Shown piece by piece: positions 55,490-55,518 of a stretch of 55,518 bases of DNA; the first letter of the stretch is position 1; each line of letters starts with the position of its first letter. Below the pieces are notes generated by a model. It worked only from the letters and a program-made list of their open reading frames with translations. It did not search any database and was not told the origin of the DNA. Position numbers and translations under genes: made by a program. This stretch comes from an uncultured Candidatus Berkelbacteria bacterium (GTDB lineage: Bacteria; Patescibacteriota; UBA1384; UBA12157; JAENIV01), in NCBI GenBank assembly GCA_963698075.1, contig OY969116.1:255492-311009 (forward strand), given 5' to 3'.

Positions 55490-55518
55490 AATGAGATCTT
55501 CTTAATGGTTGATAAAAA

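Overview
Densely coding 55.5-kb bacterial window. By eye (no GC statistic computed) it alternates about 15 times between two compositional classes. The low-GC segments look CPR/Patescibacteria-like: obg, infB, gyrB-gyrA, a DUF4012/Wzz/GT4/sugar-transferase envelope cluster, CopB ATPase plus superoxide reductase, Ku/LigD NHEJ, DUF2207, DUF5652, a four-helix-bundle protein, NHL and BNR propellers, and SPFH. The high-GC segments carry mostly metabolic genes: purM-like, purB, purN-like, purD, purH, a PfkB kinase, pcp, a ThyA-like gene, gpsA, a PlsY fusion, a sigma factor, a ketosynthase fragment and an H-X9-DG pilin-like protein. RNA genes are tRNA-Gln(UUG) and RNase P RNA, both on the minus strand; several long track ORFs are artefacts lying over rnpB. 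No CRISPR array, rRNA, transposase or integrase was recognised. Main leads: (1) a three-gene minus-strand cassette, DUF488, then an unknown Cys/His-cluster protein, then an Mrr-like PD-(D/E)xK nuclease, which is a candidate uncharacterised defence or DNA-modification module; (2) a PlsY fused to an acyl-ACP-reductase-like (COG5322) domain; (3) an unannotated 26-aa, 7-Cys metallothionein-like ORF beside CopB that shares a 27-nt promoter/operator motif with the SOR-copB operon; (4) a roughly 150-nt structured GC-rich repeat present twice; (5) small high-GC gene cassettes bracketed by direct repeats; (6) single-nucleotide frameshifts in obg and the PfkB kinase, a truncated ketosynthase and a PurL N-terminal remnant. 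All family assignments rest on motifs read by eye from the translations; no database search was run.
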